A DNA stretch of 61,654 nt, the filler included, from Sluysia triapertura (taxonomy: Eukaryota), in NCBI GenBank assembly GCA_046118255.1. It is 5 parts of 5 records of this genome, joined end to end, with 100 filler letters (N's around TTAATTAATTAA, not from the genome) between each part and the next. Parts side by side here need not be neighbours in the genome. Positions count along the whole stretch, not along the records: positions 11,143 to 24,821 come from JBJNIA010025951.1; positions 24,922 to 37,025 come from JBJNIA010139281.1; 3 more parts are not named here. One strand, written 5' to 3'. Positions within the stretch are counted from its first letter, which is position 1, and each line of letters starts with the position of its first letter. Both the position numbers and the translations under genes were made by a program. The notes beneath the pieces were generated by a model, which ran no database searches, had not been told where the DNA came from, and saw nothing but the letters and a program-made list of their open reading frames with translations. This document shows positions 15,170 through 29,249 of this stretch, piece by piece.

Positions 15170-16030
15170 ATTAAATCCTTACCTGAAACATCTGGAACCA
15201 AAAAACAATTAACAGAAGAACGAAATCAAAAGAACCAATAAAATTATTCATTGAAAAAAAGAAGAAATTGTATTTGACAAATACAAAGACGTGTACAATT
15301 TAAGTAAAATATCGAAGTAATTTAAGTTTAATAACTTCTAGAATCTTCAGGAAATGCGCGAGAATCAATATGCGACTCTAGAAGTACGCATTTCAAAAAT
15401 GCATTATTGCGATTATTGTGCATATTAGTGGAAAATAAATCATGTTTCATTGATAAAAATGAAAATGTTATACGTCAAATAGAACTGGAGTATGATACAT
15501 ACAAAAACAGGATGATTTTCATAATTTAGAGAGAGAATCGTGGATTAGAAATTTAAAGACAGCTTATTGAAAAATATTTAAAAATCCTAGGGATCGAGTA
15601 TTACTATGGAACATATGTTAAATGCAACAAAATTAAATCTTAATATGAAATTTGTGTTTAATATTTTCAGTGTTACTAGTTAATGAAATTTTCAGTCTTT
15701 TCTAGAAGAATTACAAATTGTGCGCGCTGCTTTAAAGTTCTAAATAATGATGAAGTAATAACGGAGATGCTGACCGATGACGTCTTCATCGGACTTGAAG
15801 GACGAATGAGAATGCTCCAAGATGTTGCTATGTAGATGTATCTCACGTCGCAATAAGTATATTTGAAAAAGGGATCTTCATAAGCACGAAATAATAGTGT
15901 AAGATGGACGATGCCTACACTAGAAGTTTAAGAACTAAGAAAATCTGGAGAAAATTCGTGACATTCTGATAGTCAAAAGAAGTTTACGCATTAGAAAGTT
16001 ATCTAGGAGGCTGCAGGAAGAACAAAGGAA
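15170..16030 (+). mobile_element. Possible decayed LTR-retrotransposon gag-like region
   Basis: Purine-rich coding-like sequence with many stops; segment CARCFK...EMLTDDVFIGL loosely recalls Ty3/Gypsy gag. Weak. Confidence 0.3.
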
Positions 16031-16256
16031 AGAACTCAATTATTTTAAAGTTACGTAACGTTTTCTAAAATTTATTTCGATGAAACAATAGTTTATTTGT
16101 GGCCGTATTACCTTTGATGTTTCGATAACTAAAGGATTTGCTGTTTCCGTTGTGTTCATTTTATAGTGTATCCATTGAATATTATAATCTTAATAGATAA
16201 TAATATAGTAATATGTATTGCGTTAATTGACAACGCATACCTTACCCATCATCTTA

Positions 16257-16470
16257 TCACTACATCTAATACAAACTATAAATTCTACAATAAAATTATT
16301 AATATTAAAATTGTAATAAGTGATCGAATTATTATCAAAATTAATTTTATTAACATCTCAATCCTCGCCTTCATCAACACCATTATGATTGAGGTCACAG
16401 TGTTACTTATTTTGTACATTTCTCTACTGAATACTGACTTCATATCTTGTCACTGTGTTTATTGTCATTT
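16257..16470 (+). repeat. Dispersed direct repeat, copy 1 (copy 2 at 21340-21571)
   Basis: Near-identical ~215 bp, beginning TCACTACATCTAATACAAACTATAAATTCT. Confidence 0.9.
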
Positions 16471-17136
16471 TAGAGCTCATAATACATTTGGTGGATCACA
16501 ATTCTCCACTATTATTCTCTTCACCATGTTACTTTTAACGTGGCAAAAATGCCACACTTAACTTATTTGGATAAGTTTTGAATATTATAAAGGTAGTTTT
16601 CTAGTTTTAACTATCTCTACATTCTACATTTAACTTTATCGACGTTTTTATAGTTTTTGATTTTAATTTTCTTATGCAGTCTTTTATTATCTATGATCCA
16701 TCCCTAAACTCGTTAGCACAGAAGGTTGTTTGATCAGGACTCTGCCACTGGCGGATCCTTAGGCGATTTTTGAGACAATAAAATTCCAAATTTATTCGGA
16801 CAATTTTATGACGAATAATTTAGCCTAAGTTTGATTCAAAGTACTTATATCATAATGCATGTTAGTCCTACATAAATTATTATAAGTGTTGAAATTTTAA
16901 GGTTTACAATATTATGAAAATTGAGCTTGTGTTTTATGTATGATGTTTTGTGTAAGGTTGAGTTGAAGTTTGTTTAAGATTTTATTTATAAGAAATATGT
17001 TAGTGTGTGTTTACTATTATACTGTTTTAAGCTTCAGTTCAGTACACCGAGCTTTTCGATAGACTAAAAATAAAAATAAAGAATTAGGTCTTTCGTGTTT
17101 CGTACAATAATAGTGATAATAGTAATCATAATAATA

Positions 17137-18040
17137 CAGTAAACTCCCGATTATCCGGTTTAGAAAATGCAAAAAAGAACAGAAGTAAAGAATATTCCTG
17201 TTGACTACCACAATCAAAAAGAGCACAGATGGATAGAAGGATCTTTCAACGTTGGTTAAAAAATAAATGGGTCCCAGAAATTCGAGTTTTTTTTAAAAGT
17301 AAAGATGTGGTGTCCCACCAACACTGACATCATCAAAGAATTTATTGAAATATATTTTGGTAAAATTTTTACCCAATGAATATGTCAACCAATGTTAAAA
17401 ATAGGACAAAGCACCGTACACCTACCTCAATAAATTCTCAAACCAGCTTTTGCAGCGAGAATGACGATTTAATGAATTGATGGAAAATATGACAATGTTG
17501 GATGCAATATATGGAGCTGTTAAAACTTGGTACACAATTAAGCCAATGACACTAGTTCGATCGTTGTTGAAAATTTTGTCAAATGTAGAAAATAATGTTT
17601 CGGACTCTATCGAACCTGAGATATGTAATATTTCAGAATTATATGAACTAATGAAAAATTTAAATGGCTTTGAAAATGTTGATGATCAAAAAATTAAATT
17701 TGATTCATCTGATCCAGGATTCCAGATACAGAATGACACAGATATTATTTCAAATTTAATTTCAAATCCAAATTAAAATAAAAATGAGGCACTGACTTCC
17801 GTCGATATTTTACTAGAATACTACAATCAATGGAGCTTCAAGAAAGATTCGAGATGATATTAAAGTCATTGAGAAATTCACTTAAACAAACCAAAGTTAC
17901 CGATTTTTTAATAAAGCATTGAATGTACTTTCATTGTTGTTGTATTATTCTAGCATTTTTTATTATTTTTGTATTATTATTTTGCGCACTATCCGTGCCG
18001 GCCCTCCCCATTATTAACCCGCATAATCAGGAGTCTACTG
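17137..18040 (+). mobile_element. Tigger/pogo-family DNA transposon, internally deleted
   Basis: TIRs CAGTAAACTCCCGATTATCCGG (17137) and CCGCATAATCAGGAGTCTACTG (ends 18040), TA on both flanks. Decayed DDE_1-like text PVDYHNQK...MDRRIFQRWLKNKWVPEIR and MLDAIYGAVKTWYTIKPMTLVRS. Confidence 0.88.
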
Positions 18041-18843
18041 TAATTAATATTTTTAATTATTATTATGATTAATATTTTTATGTAACATGCTAAATCAGTA
18101 AAATTATGTTTCAATGTATAAAATTGATAAAAGTATATTTTTGTAAGGTAATTTTCGAAAGTTGTAATTTATTGTAACCTATCATTCATGAAAAAAACGG
18201 AGTTTTGCGAGTCATATTAACGGATATGACACAAGAAAGTTTTATTTTAATTCTAAAGTTGTAACAATAAATTACGAACGACACATTAATTCGGATAAAC
18301 CTATTGAGGCACGATTTCGAATGTGATATTTATTTAATCAAAAAATGTAACATTGACGTATTACGCATTGCGTCCTCTGTGTTTATTATTTGAGTATTTT
18401 TATATTATTAGTGTTCTATAAAAAGTCAATTGTTTTTGATTCCCAATTTTATCATTTATTCGCAATATTTGGAATAATCGATATTTAAAAGTGATAATTG
18501 ATAAATTGTATATTTGTGATAATATAAAGACGGTTGAACCTTGTTTTGATTTTGTTATTTTAAAAGATATTTAAAATACTCAACAGAATTTGGACGGATT
18601 TCTTTGATATATACGTAAATGGAATGGACTGAACGGAATAGCTAGAATGAAATATATACATCAATTATTGAACTACGATGAAAATAAAACTGTTAATAAT
18701 ATAATATTCATAAATTATAAATTTTAATAAATTTTAATATAATATAAATTGTATAAATTTTAATTGTTAATATAGTATAAAATTTTAATAATGTAATATA
18801 AAATTTTTAATAATAATCTTAGTGAGGACAATAAAATATTATA

Positions 18844-18845
<2 letters not shown>

Positions 18846-18892
<47 letters not shown>

Positions 18893-18895
18893 TAT
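18846..18895. repeat. (TTA)n microsatellite
   Basis: Trinucleotide run. Confidence 0.95.
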
Positions 18896-20419
18896 CTGTA
18901 TATTTACCTGTGTCATTACTATTGAATCCAACTGTATATTTAACTGTGTAATAAATAACTATAGAATTAGAATTTAAATACAAATCATTTATATGTAGAA
19001 ATAATATAGAAATTTAAATTACACACATTTTATATAAATCATTTATATTTGGAATTAATATATGAAATTTAAATTACTAAAAATTAAAAAAAATATAACT
19101 TCAAAACATTCACTAACAAAACTATTAGTAGAGTGCACATTAGAAGAAATCAAACAATGTTTTATACAATCAGTAAGGAAAAATTAATGTTTTATGTTAA
19201 TTCCAGAATTATAGAATTATATAGACAAAGAAAACTTAAAAGTACGAAAAAATATCACATGAATTTCATCGTCATAATCATTATGGATATCTAACATATT
19301 TAATATTATGCTTTATCGATTTTTAACAAAAATAGGATTTTTATATGCGTTGTATTAATAAATATTTGTTTTTAATTTGTCTTTTATACTATTGTGGGTT
19401 TTAATTTTTATCAAAATATATACTATTTAAGTTTGTAAGTAACATATCATATTAAAAAAATTAATCGATTTTTATCATAAATAATTATAAGAGTAAGTAG
19501 TTTAAAATTACAATTTTAACATTTACTTTATTTAAATATTTTATTTTCATTGGGTGTTGAATACTACATATTTATAAAGAAAGACATGATAAGATTTTTC
19601 GGTATTGTATTTTAATTTTTAGCAATGAATTTCAAATATGTACATTTCATTTGCCCTATGTTAATAAGTTATAATTATCATAATCATCATCATTATTATT
19701 ATTTAATTTTTAATGTGAATTAGTTAAAAAAGAAACGAAGAATACAAACATTCCATACATGTATATTTAAAAATGATCAACAATGATTTAAAAAATGACG
19801 ATAATAAAAGTAATTTTTAGTAAATAGGAAGTGTAAGAAGCACCTCTAAACCACATTGTGGAGGAATACTATCTAGATTCCGTTTAATTAACATTAATAT
19901 TCTATTTTCATCGTATGTAAAAGGAATTAAGTCCTTTGATTCAACAATAACATCATCAAATGAATGAACAAATTCAGTATCATTTTTTAATTCAATAATT
20001 ATCATAATAATTAATTATAACAAAAATAATAATAATAATAGTAGTAGTAGTAGTAGAAAAATTGTAATTCCATAGAATTTATAATCATTTCTGCTTCATA
20101 AAACACTAAATTTAAAATAATATTTTGACTTTTAATTAGGATTAGAAGATTATACGAAGATGTTTTTAAAATGTTTTAATAAATAAATGAATTATCTTAA
20201 ACAATTTTGAATAATATAATAAAGTAGAAGTAGCGGAAATAATAAAAACATTAGTAATAATAAAATGCGATAAAGAATAAATTATACACAAAGAGAAAAA
20301 CAAATGAAATATTGTAATAACGAGATTAATAATAAGAGCAATAATCAAAATTATAACAATTTAATATTATTATTATGAAAATAATAATCATAAAATTATA
20401 GTAATTATAAATTATTACA

Positions 20420-20538
20420 ACTGTGTTCATGTTTTGTATGTATTGAGTAATCTGTTTATCAATTTGTCTATGTAAGAAGCGCTGATTTGTGACGAAGTTT
20501 GTTTATGAATGTGATGAGTTGATCTGGAGTCCACTACA
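20420..20538 (-). repeat. GT-rich dispersed repeat ending in CACTACA (TGTAGTG on minus); probable LTR end
   Basis: Aligns by eye with 53611-53747; a similar end at 25077-25083. TG start is typical of LTRs. Confidence 0.5.
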
Positions 20539-21339
20539 AAGGACTTCGACAAATTTCTCAATATAAATTTGAAAAACACTTTCAGAATAACAACAAAATA
20601 CTTCGTGCATCAAATCAATCGATAATAATAAAATTTAACAATTACAGTGGATGAATACTTCCACAATTTTCAGACTTTGAATCTGTATTACCACCAGACA
20701 AATACATGAAGCAGTAGCAGGTTTGTCTGCGGTTGTGATTGTTTATAGGTGTGTAGTAATTTGTTAAATAAGATTGATATATTTACGCAAAATGTATATC
20801 TCATTATAACGATAAAAACAAATGAATTTTAATAGTTAAGAACAATGTCAGTTTAACCCACTGTCCAGTACAACCGGACACACTTTTTTGATATACATTC
20901 ATTACAATTGACTTATTCCCTTCTATAAATTAACCTGTACACCTGGCTACCAGCACTCTATTAGGATAATCAATTAATCTTGTTAAAGATTATGATCATC
21001 AGAAAATTAGATAAATTTACGTCGCTAACATTCACCAAGTACTCAAATACGCATTCCGTAAATTAGTATATTGGAAAATAACTTGTACACCACAAAGTTC
21101 AGAAAATTTTCATGCCTTATTTGCTATTCCAATCAATATTCCAAACCACAAAACAAATTATTAAAAATCATTTCCATTTAACTAAGACCAAATCTAAGCC
21201 ATTTTCTATAATCGCCTACCTTGTTCCCAACCAATTAAAAACTCAGAATGCGATTGTGGTGTCCCGGCCGTCTACTGCAATTTTATCACCAACCACATAC
21301 ACAAATTCATAGATAAAATATACCCCACACATTATCATC

Positions 21340-21571
21340 TCACTACATCTAATACAAACTATAAATTCTGCAATAAAATCATTAATATTAAAATTGTAAT
21401 AAGTGATCGAATTATTATCAAAATTAATTTTATTAACATCTCAATCCTTGCCTTCATCAACACCATTATGAAGAGTACTCTTAAAACTCTTGAGGTCACA
21501 GTGTTACTTATTTTGTACATTTCTCTACTGAATACTGACTTCATATCTTGCTTACTGTGTTTACTGTCATT
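21340..21571 (+). repeat. Dispersed direct repeat, copy 2
   Basis: Matches 16257-16470 with a short extra segment around 21470-21490. Confidence 0.9.
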
Positions 21572-22937
21572 GTCAAGCTTAGCAGTGCCTCCTCGTAATA
21601 CATGTAGTAGATTACAACTCTGTATGATCATTTTTTTGATTAATGTCACATTTCAAGTTGCAGTTTAAAACAATTTACCGAGAAAATTCTACATTTAACT
21701 TATTTGGATAAGGCCGTAATTATAAATATTACAATAGAAATTTGTCTTGGAACCTGGCACAATGTTGCGTCTTATTATATGGTACAACTTATTCAAATAC
21801 AATGAATATTCATAGTTAAAAATCAATGGACATGTCGTGCGCAAAACAGAAAAGAATTTCGTTACATTCTAACATCATATTGACTTCTGAAAAGACTAAG
21901 TATTATTAATCGAGATATTAGTCAAACATGAAGAATTACAAGTCTAGTACAACGACCTTTACTAATTTCACAAATAGTTTGGTACGATTTCAAATTGATC
22001 AATCTGTTACAATTTCAAATTGTTGTAGAATGTGTCAAACATTGTGCGTATGTTCTTATTTAGTTGTTTGTAGAGGAGATTTATTCCATAAGTTTGAAAA
22101 ATCAGTTTGTTACAGAATGTTTTATTTAATTCAATCATGTTAGGATACATGTCGTGGTCCATCAGATTTCAAAGAAATTGGAGTTTGCTATTTAGCTTGC
22201 TTGAGGCCGGTGTGGAATTTCCTGCACAAGTTACTGACAGTATGGCTCCTACTAATACGTCGGACAAAGAGGGTTTCACAGTACTAAACTGCTGCAGATT
22301 TCAAACAGTACTGAACTTCATTCAGTAATTTTGATATTTTAAAAGAACGTATGGTTTGTTCTCCGAGTACCACACATGATTCTGTTCCTGTCCAAGCTCT
22401 TATCTTGCGTTCTTTCGTACAATGTCAATCATTAATAAGTGCTATAAATCATTCTTCAGTTTTACCCGATTTGTTGCGACCTAACAACGAATTGCTCTAA
22501 ACGAGATTTGTCAAGAAAGTCAAAATACGATTAAAGTGAATAATAAGTTTATTTGTGCATTTGAAACCCTTAGGCAAAAGGTTATTTGTGAAATAATCTA
22601 TAATGTTTCTGACATTCTAGTAATAAACAATGAAATTTTTTGTTTTTTGTATTTTTCAATAATAGTAGTCCTTAAGCCCAGTTATAGTCGTATATTATGC
22701 AAACCCAATGATATAGTTCTGTCCTCAAGTCCTAAAACAATGAAACAATTTCCTCTATCAATAAAGTAAAGCTGGACCTCAAGTGATTAATGAGTACTCA
22801 TTGTCAGCGGATAATTTAGCACGGACATGTATATCATATTTTATGAGCAGAAGATGCATCTTATTTATGTAAATAATTGCAGATATTCAACAAGTCTAAA
22901 AAACATATCACGCAGAAGACGAATCAAGATGACCAAC

Positions 22938-24261
22938 CTTTATTATGTCCCCTCTCTGAACCAGTTCGATCGGAATCCTACGTTCTTCGTTTGTCGAGTC
23001 CATCAGAGTCGCTTCAACCGCCTTTAAAGAAAGTAACTTACTGAGTGCTTCTGATGTTTTTCCCTAGAAAAATTAGCAATAAATACGATGTGTGTATCTG
23101 GTTACCTTAGCAACATGTTCCAACCATCGTCCGAGACTCAAAAACGTCACTAACATTGGAGTAGTCTCGAAGAAAGTCTGTGGACTACCACCATTCACTG
23201 AATTTGGATTGGCTAGAGCTATAATCAATACGATACAAGAATAGAAGTAAGACACAGTGATGGCCATGGTGACAAGCACATCCATATTAGCAGTGCCACT
23301 GTACCGTACTGACTTGTACGCTTGGATGTAGAAATGGCGAGCACAATAAAATTGTACGGGACTGGCCAATAAGAATAAAAAGAGATTTTCATAGGATAGG
23401 CCTGGAGTAACGATAAATAAGTGAGTAGAAGTGGAATTGGAATCGTGGGAAGTCATCGGAGTTAAGAAGAACATGAAAATCATCATAACCAGCATGGTCG
23501 GAATTCCGAATATAAGAGAGATGATGAAATCCCTCCTCCATCTGCGAATAGAGAATTAAATTAGATAATAGATAATATAAACCTTTTTGTAACTGATTCA
23601 TATTGTTTTTCCGGTGATTGACTTGTGCCTGAAGGAGTTGCCATGACAGCTTGGAACCCCATTTTCTGAAAAAAATCAGAAACCGTAATATAATCATCTA
23701 ATTAACCTCTATTGCATCAATTATGTTTCTAGGACCAAGTTTACAAGGGCTGTACTTAAATGTACCTCGCTCTGTAGTCAAGGCAACTTTTACTGAAATA
23801 ATGCCATCTAATTTGGAGATGTTCGACTCGATAGTATTGACACAGCTCGAGCAAGTCATGCCATCTATTATCACTTCCAGACTCATCACATTCGGCTCTG
23901 CAATATCAAGTTGTTCGGCTTCGAATCCGAGATTGTCCACCTTGTCTATAATGTCGGACGGCATTACCAACAATGGATCGTAGTAGACTTCTGCAGAAGA
24001 ACCCAGCAGGTTCACTAAGACGGAATCGACTCCTGGAATGAAATTAAATAGAAGTTGAATAAAATATTGTATTCCAGTCAAATAGTGCTCAAGCAGTAAC
24101 CAACCAGTAAGTTTCTGCAACTGTTTCTCGATTGTGTTCACGCACGACGCACAACTCATACCCAGTATTTTTAAGTGGCACTTAGAAAGTGTTGCTATCT
24201 TCTGATCAGAAACTACTCTATTCTTGTTGCTGTCGAAACTAGTTTCAGAAGGCAGCGACAT
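22938..24261 (-). CDS. ATP7: Copper-transporting P1B-ATPase (ATP7-like), partial: two HMA domains, first four TM helices, start of actuator domain
   Basis: Exons 24261-24105, 24032-23707, 23665-23583, 23541-23106, 23063-22938 splice in frame via GT-AG introns of 72, 41, 41 and 42 bp. Motifs [68 protein letters not shown]. Downstream TGE, CPC and DKTGT exons not seen. Confidence 0.93.
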
Positions 24262-24578
24262 TCTGAATAATTGACAAATTAATGACTTCGCTTACTGACC
24301 CACATGTTCTGATTGGGCCGATTGCGGTCAGTGAAATGCATTGTGTTTTTATGAAATTATGAAATTGCAGTTCCACATCTATTAACTATGGAAGAATTAT
24401 ACTCATTTATTGGTGTTTTGGGAGGTTTCAGAATGCAGAATAAGAAAGAACACAAAGATATGCAACATATTGCACAAAATTAGACATTAGTAAACTTAAA
24501 TGATAAGACATTTTAAGAGATATCTATATTATCCCAATTCTTTCAAAAATATTTATATAAACATCAATTTGATATATA

Positions 24579-24821
24579 CAGTGGTGATCAAATATTAGAC
24601 TAAAACAGGAAAAATGTTTTTCTTTGGTTTTCTTAATATTTGCTATCCTGAACCCATAAACCAACCACCAGGATGGAACTTATTGAAACTCTGATAAAAG
24701 TATGGCATCACAATGACGAGATCATCCGTGGCATGCCTTTAAGGATCAGGAAATTATTGGATAACAAAGGAGGGCAAATAAAGTACTGATACAACAGTTT
24801 GTACATATTTGATTTGTAGTA
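24579..24821 (+). mobile_element. Tc1-family transposon, deleted derivative, cut by the gap
   Basis: TA + CAGTGGTGATCAAA terminus. Translation KPTTRMELIETLIKVW...GMPLRIRKLLDNKGGQIKY* matches the Tc1 transposase C-terminus (SMPxR...KGGxTKY). Confidence 0.8.
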
Positions 24822-24921
24822 NNNNNNNNNNNNNNNNNNNNNNNNNNNNNNNNNNNNNNNNNNNNTTAATTAATTAANNNNNNNNNNNNNNNNNNNNNNN
24901 NNNNNNNNNNNNNNNNNNNNN
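24822..24921. other. Assembly gap with TTAATTAATTAA linker
   Basis: Same structure as 11043-11142. Confidence 0.95.
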
Positions 24922-26722
24922 TTTATTGTCAGATGTAGTTTGGTGAAGTGTTAAGGTAGTAGTTGTGAGTATTGTTATTTTATGTGATGAATTGTGTGAT
25001 GATTGTAGTTGCAGAGTGTGATTGTGGTGGATTTTATTTTAATTGAATTATTTTTAATTTTGAGTTAAGGGTTGGCCACTACAAGCGTCTCAAGGATTAG
25101 TTGATGTGGTATTCCAAAACTCTTAAGTTCTCAAAATTTTCTGTTAATAGCTTAATTGTAATTTCAAAATGATGATAAATCAACTTTACCTATGAACAAA
25201 TTCAAATTAATAATTGATTATTTATATGAATACAATAAAAAATAAAAATAAGATTCCATTGAGGCATTATTTATTAAAATTTTATTTTTTCCAATATTTT
25301 TTCGAATTACCTGTTTTAAGTTTGATGAATCCGATGGTTTGATCTCTTTAATAACGTTTTCAGTGATTAATGCATTACATTACTTCGATCTCCATTCAAA
25401 ATATATTTTAGTTTTTAGTTCAAAAATAAATATATTTAATATAAAATGACATTGAAATTGTTGTTTTAACAATTTGTTAATATCAGTATAGAAGGAAAAA
25501 ATATCAATAATAATAAAAACTTTTGACAACATTTTCATTAACTTTTTTATTAGACATTCTAATTTCTAAAACGGAAACATTTGTACGACTCTAAAATTCA
25601 TATAATCCTTCATGATTTAGGACCAAATGTTGAATCATGAATATATTATCTTTTCATTTTAACTATTTCGGTACGATCGGTACGCATTTGTGCTATCTAC
25701 ATCCATAGTCACTGAATACCGTGCCGAAAGTTGTGATTGTAATCTGATAAGTTATAAAACAAATTTTATTATCAAATTAAATTTATTTCTATAATATTTA
25801 TAAATAAAAATAGATTTAATGTATTTCTGATTTATATTAGAATTATTATATTATAAAAACCTTTATCGTACAGTTTTTGATTGCAAATCTTATAAAGAAA
25901 GACCAATTAAACAGGCTAAAACCTATTGATTTTTCATTTATTGTTGAATTTATTATTTGAAAGAATTCAACTGAAATTAGACTGTTTATTCAAAATTTAT
26001 AATAGTAAAGTTGAATTTTTATGTTTGCTTAATTATCATTATTGGTTGGTGTGACAGTGAAGGTCATGCTTTTAGTTCACCGAAGCTTTTCAGAGAAAGA
26101 TGAAATTGAGATGATTTTTTATATTATTTGTTACGGTTTAGAGCTCCTATATAATGCATAATTTATAGGTAGAATATTTGAATCTAAAGTCAATGTCGAT
26201 CAGAATTTTTTAAAAAAATTTTAATTAATTAATAATAATACATAATTTTAGAAAAAGTTAATTTTTTAAAGTAAAAATACCTTATTTATTTGTACATTAA
26301 TATTTTAACAAGTAATCGAGCATGACATTTTGAGTCTATAAAATAGGAAAGGTTGTTTCTGTTTATTCAATATTTGATTAGTTATGCAATCGATTAATAA
26401 AGAAAAGATAACAGATATAATCTTTCCAAATTTTGTTTAAATTATGTCGGTATTTTATTGATTTTCACAAAAACGATTTATTGACTAAAAGTTTGGCAAA
26501 TGAGAATTGTCAATAACGGAGAACATAATAATAGTTTTAGACGACGGATATCCGCTTTTTCTTTTTTCTGTCCTAGTATATATAATAATTATATTTTATT
26601 AGTTTGTTTTATTTACGTATAAATAAGTTATCTTTAATTATATAATTCAAAAGAATAGATTAATAAAATTATATATATAAAATTATTTATTTATTTATAT
26701 TGCATGATTTAAAATAACGATT

Positions 26723-26727
<5 letters not shown>

Positions 26728-26786
<59 letters not shown>
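26728..26786. repeat. (TTA)n microsatellite
   Basis: Trinucleotide run. Confidence 0.95.
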
Positions 26787-27151
26787 GTTGCTATTACATT
26801 GTGATTACCAGAAAATGAATGTAAGCAGATGTTCAATATGTTACTTTCTGGGATAATCTAGATGTATACTTTAAATTATTGTAAATATGTTTATATTATC
26901 ATTAATTGATGGTTATTAAAATAAATGATTTATAATATTGTACTACTCATGTAAAAGTTACATTTTAAGGACATTTTTAATCTTAAATTCAAATTCAATC
27001 TAGAATTCAAAATAGAACATAAATAAAAGTATAATGATTTTTGTAATATTACCAATTTTATGCATCGAAACATTTTATTATACTTTATTATTCAAAACAT
27101 TTTTTGCATAACTTTACAAATATAGTTAATTTTATTTATCGTTAACAGAGA

Positions 27152-27906
27152 ATGAAAATTCAAAAGATATCATCTAAAACAAAGCGTTATTTTTCCCCAT
27201 CTACTGTTTTAAATCTTCGACGCAATTCTGCAATAGATGATATTGAAGCTTCATCTATATTCACAGTAAATGAGCTACCTGCTACCGTTTCTTCACATGC
27301 TCCTACAAATAACTCTAGATTTCAAACAATCATCCTATATCTCCTATTGTTGATCGATTTACAATAAGCACATTTATTAAAAACAATACAAGCTGCAATA
27401 ATAAAATCGAAGAATCGAAACAGTTGCGTCAATTAATTGATCGAGCTAATAGAAGTCCCTTAATGCGACTGCATCGTCATTCATTTGCTTATTTGGATTC
27501 AAGTGCACAACCGAATTTTTGCGATCATTACGATAGTCTGTCCTTAGAAGAGCTTAATTTCAGTAGCTTCAATAGTAGTGGTAATAATGCTGATGATTAT
27601 TGGTACTCGTCAAATATAAACCAATCAAATATAAACCGTCGTCGTCCAATTGATGATCAATTTTATATACACAAACCATCGGATCATCATAACTACTATA
27701 GCATAACTGCATTAAATGAACAATACGAAGAATTGACAGCTGCTAATGATATACCTGAATATTTAATTGTATCATCACTTCGCCCAGTTAATCACGAAGA
27801 CCCTATAAGTCCTTTCGAATCAGTTATTGTCACACCACCTCAAGCTACTTTTAACCACCAGTTACAACCAAACATTGCCAATGCTAGAAATTCTTCTGTT
27901 AAATAA
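27152..27906 (+). CDS. Probable 3'-terminal coding exons of an unidentified gene (Ser/Asn/Pro-rich, disordered-looking)
   Basis: GC-richer coding-like stretch preceded by AG acceptors near 27148-27150. A 53-bp GT-AG intron (27266-27318) would join the two ORF frames. Stop at 27906, AATAAA downstream. No recognisable domain. Confidence 0.55.
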
Positions 27907-28371
27907 AAAAAAACAAAATTTTGTTTAAAAATCAAATTAAATTTTTGTTACTTTTATTCCTGAATAATTTAATACGTAACGTAATATATGTTTTTAATTA
28001 ATTCATTTTAAAAATGCAACAATTTCTTTAATTCGTGCCATTTTGATTTTTCTGATTTTTAAATAAATATCTTTATTAAATTTACAAACAAACATAAAAA
28101 AGTGATATAATTAAAATATTTTTATTATTACATTTGAACGTCAATTATAAATTGTTTAATTTTTTTTAAAATTAATTGTTCAATATTTTCTTTCATTTTA
28201 ATTTAATTTTCCGACAAACAAAAAAAAACTTTTTCGTTGCTTTAAAACAAATTATAGAAAATATTTAATCGTCATATTATTTTGTATTATTTGATGAAGC
28301 GGTATTTATTGTTGATGTGAACAAAATTTTGTGTAATTCTTTTTATTAGAAACAATATTTAATATTTAATA

Positions 28372-28521
28372 NNNNNNNNNNNNNNNNNNNNNNNNNNNNN
28401 NNNNNNNNNNNNNNNNNNNNNNNNNNNNNNNNNNNNNNNNNNNNNNNNNNNNNNNNNNNNNNNNNNNNNNNNNNNNNNNNNNNNNNNNNNNNNNNNNNNN
28501 NNNNNNNNNNNNNNNNNNNNN
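28372..28521. other. Assembly gap (150 N, no linker)
   Basis: N-run. Confidence 0.95.
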
Positions 28522-29249
28522 AGAATAAAAAGAAAAATAAATTTTGTCTAAAAGACAGGTTTACTGTAATTATTTTATTAATGAAGTAGTCAAAAGATTT
28601 ATTAATTTTGGATTCCTTTGTTACATTAGGACTTTTGTTCTATTTCTTAATGATATCTAACATTAATTCAGGAGTTGTGCATAGAGTTCTATATATAACA
28701 TTATATCCTAAACAATTACTTGTTGAAGTGGATTCTTTTAATCTGACAGTAACATTATTTGTGCGGTATCTATTGATATCTTCACAAATCCATATTTACT
28801 TATATGAAACTGTCTTCTAAATTTTTAATTACATTTAAACAAATAATTACTTCAAATGGTCTTTTATCAACATCAACATGTTTCTCTAAAATTGTTACTT
28901 GATATTGCAAAATTCAATTAATACACCCTCATAAGTTTATATACTTATATATTGTTTTTGTTATAGACTCTCAGTACAGCGTGACTCATCATGCCTGTTT
29001 CTACTACAGTTAGCATATTAAAATGAACAGAAAAGTTTCTAGCTCCAGCATCAATAACTTTTCTAATCCATTCATGCTTGAATTATACAATTATATATGT
29101 TTAAATTTAATGACGAAGATATCATCATTATCAATTATTGAGGTTTCTCTCTATAATTTTTGTGGGGTTAAGTTTTAATACACTTTCAGTAAAATTCATT
29201 TTAGGAGCACAATTTGCAAGTGCAACAGAAGTTTCAGTATTAATATTAT

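Noticed and set aside
19817-20005. 62-aa minus-strand ORF as a continuation of ATP7
   Set aside because: No P-type ATPase motif; left unassigned.
16257-21571. Direct repeats as paired LTRs of an intact retrotransposon
   Set aside because: No TG..CA ends, primer-binding site or gag/pol between them.
23723-23983. Plus-strand 86-aa ORF (likewise 37380-37562, 37865-38047, 39398-39583, 45767-45952, 58017-58238)
   Set aside because: Antisense or off-frame shadows of better supported coding regions.
27152-27906. Terminal exons as the C-tail of the CCK-like receptor
   Set aside because: No TM7/NPxxY, and separated from the receptor exons by two linker gaps.
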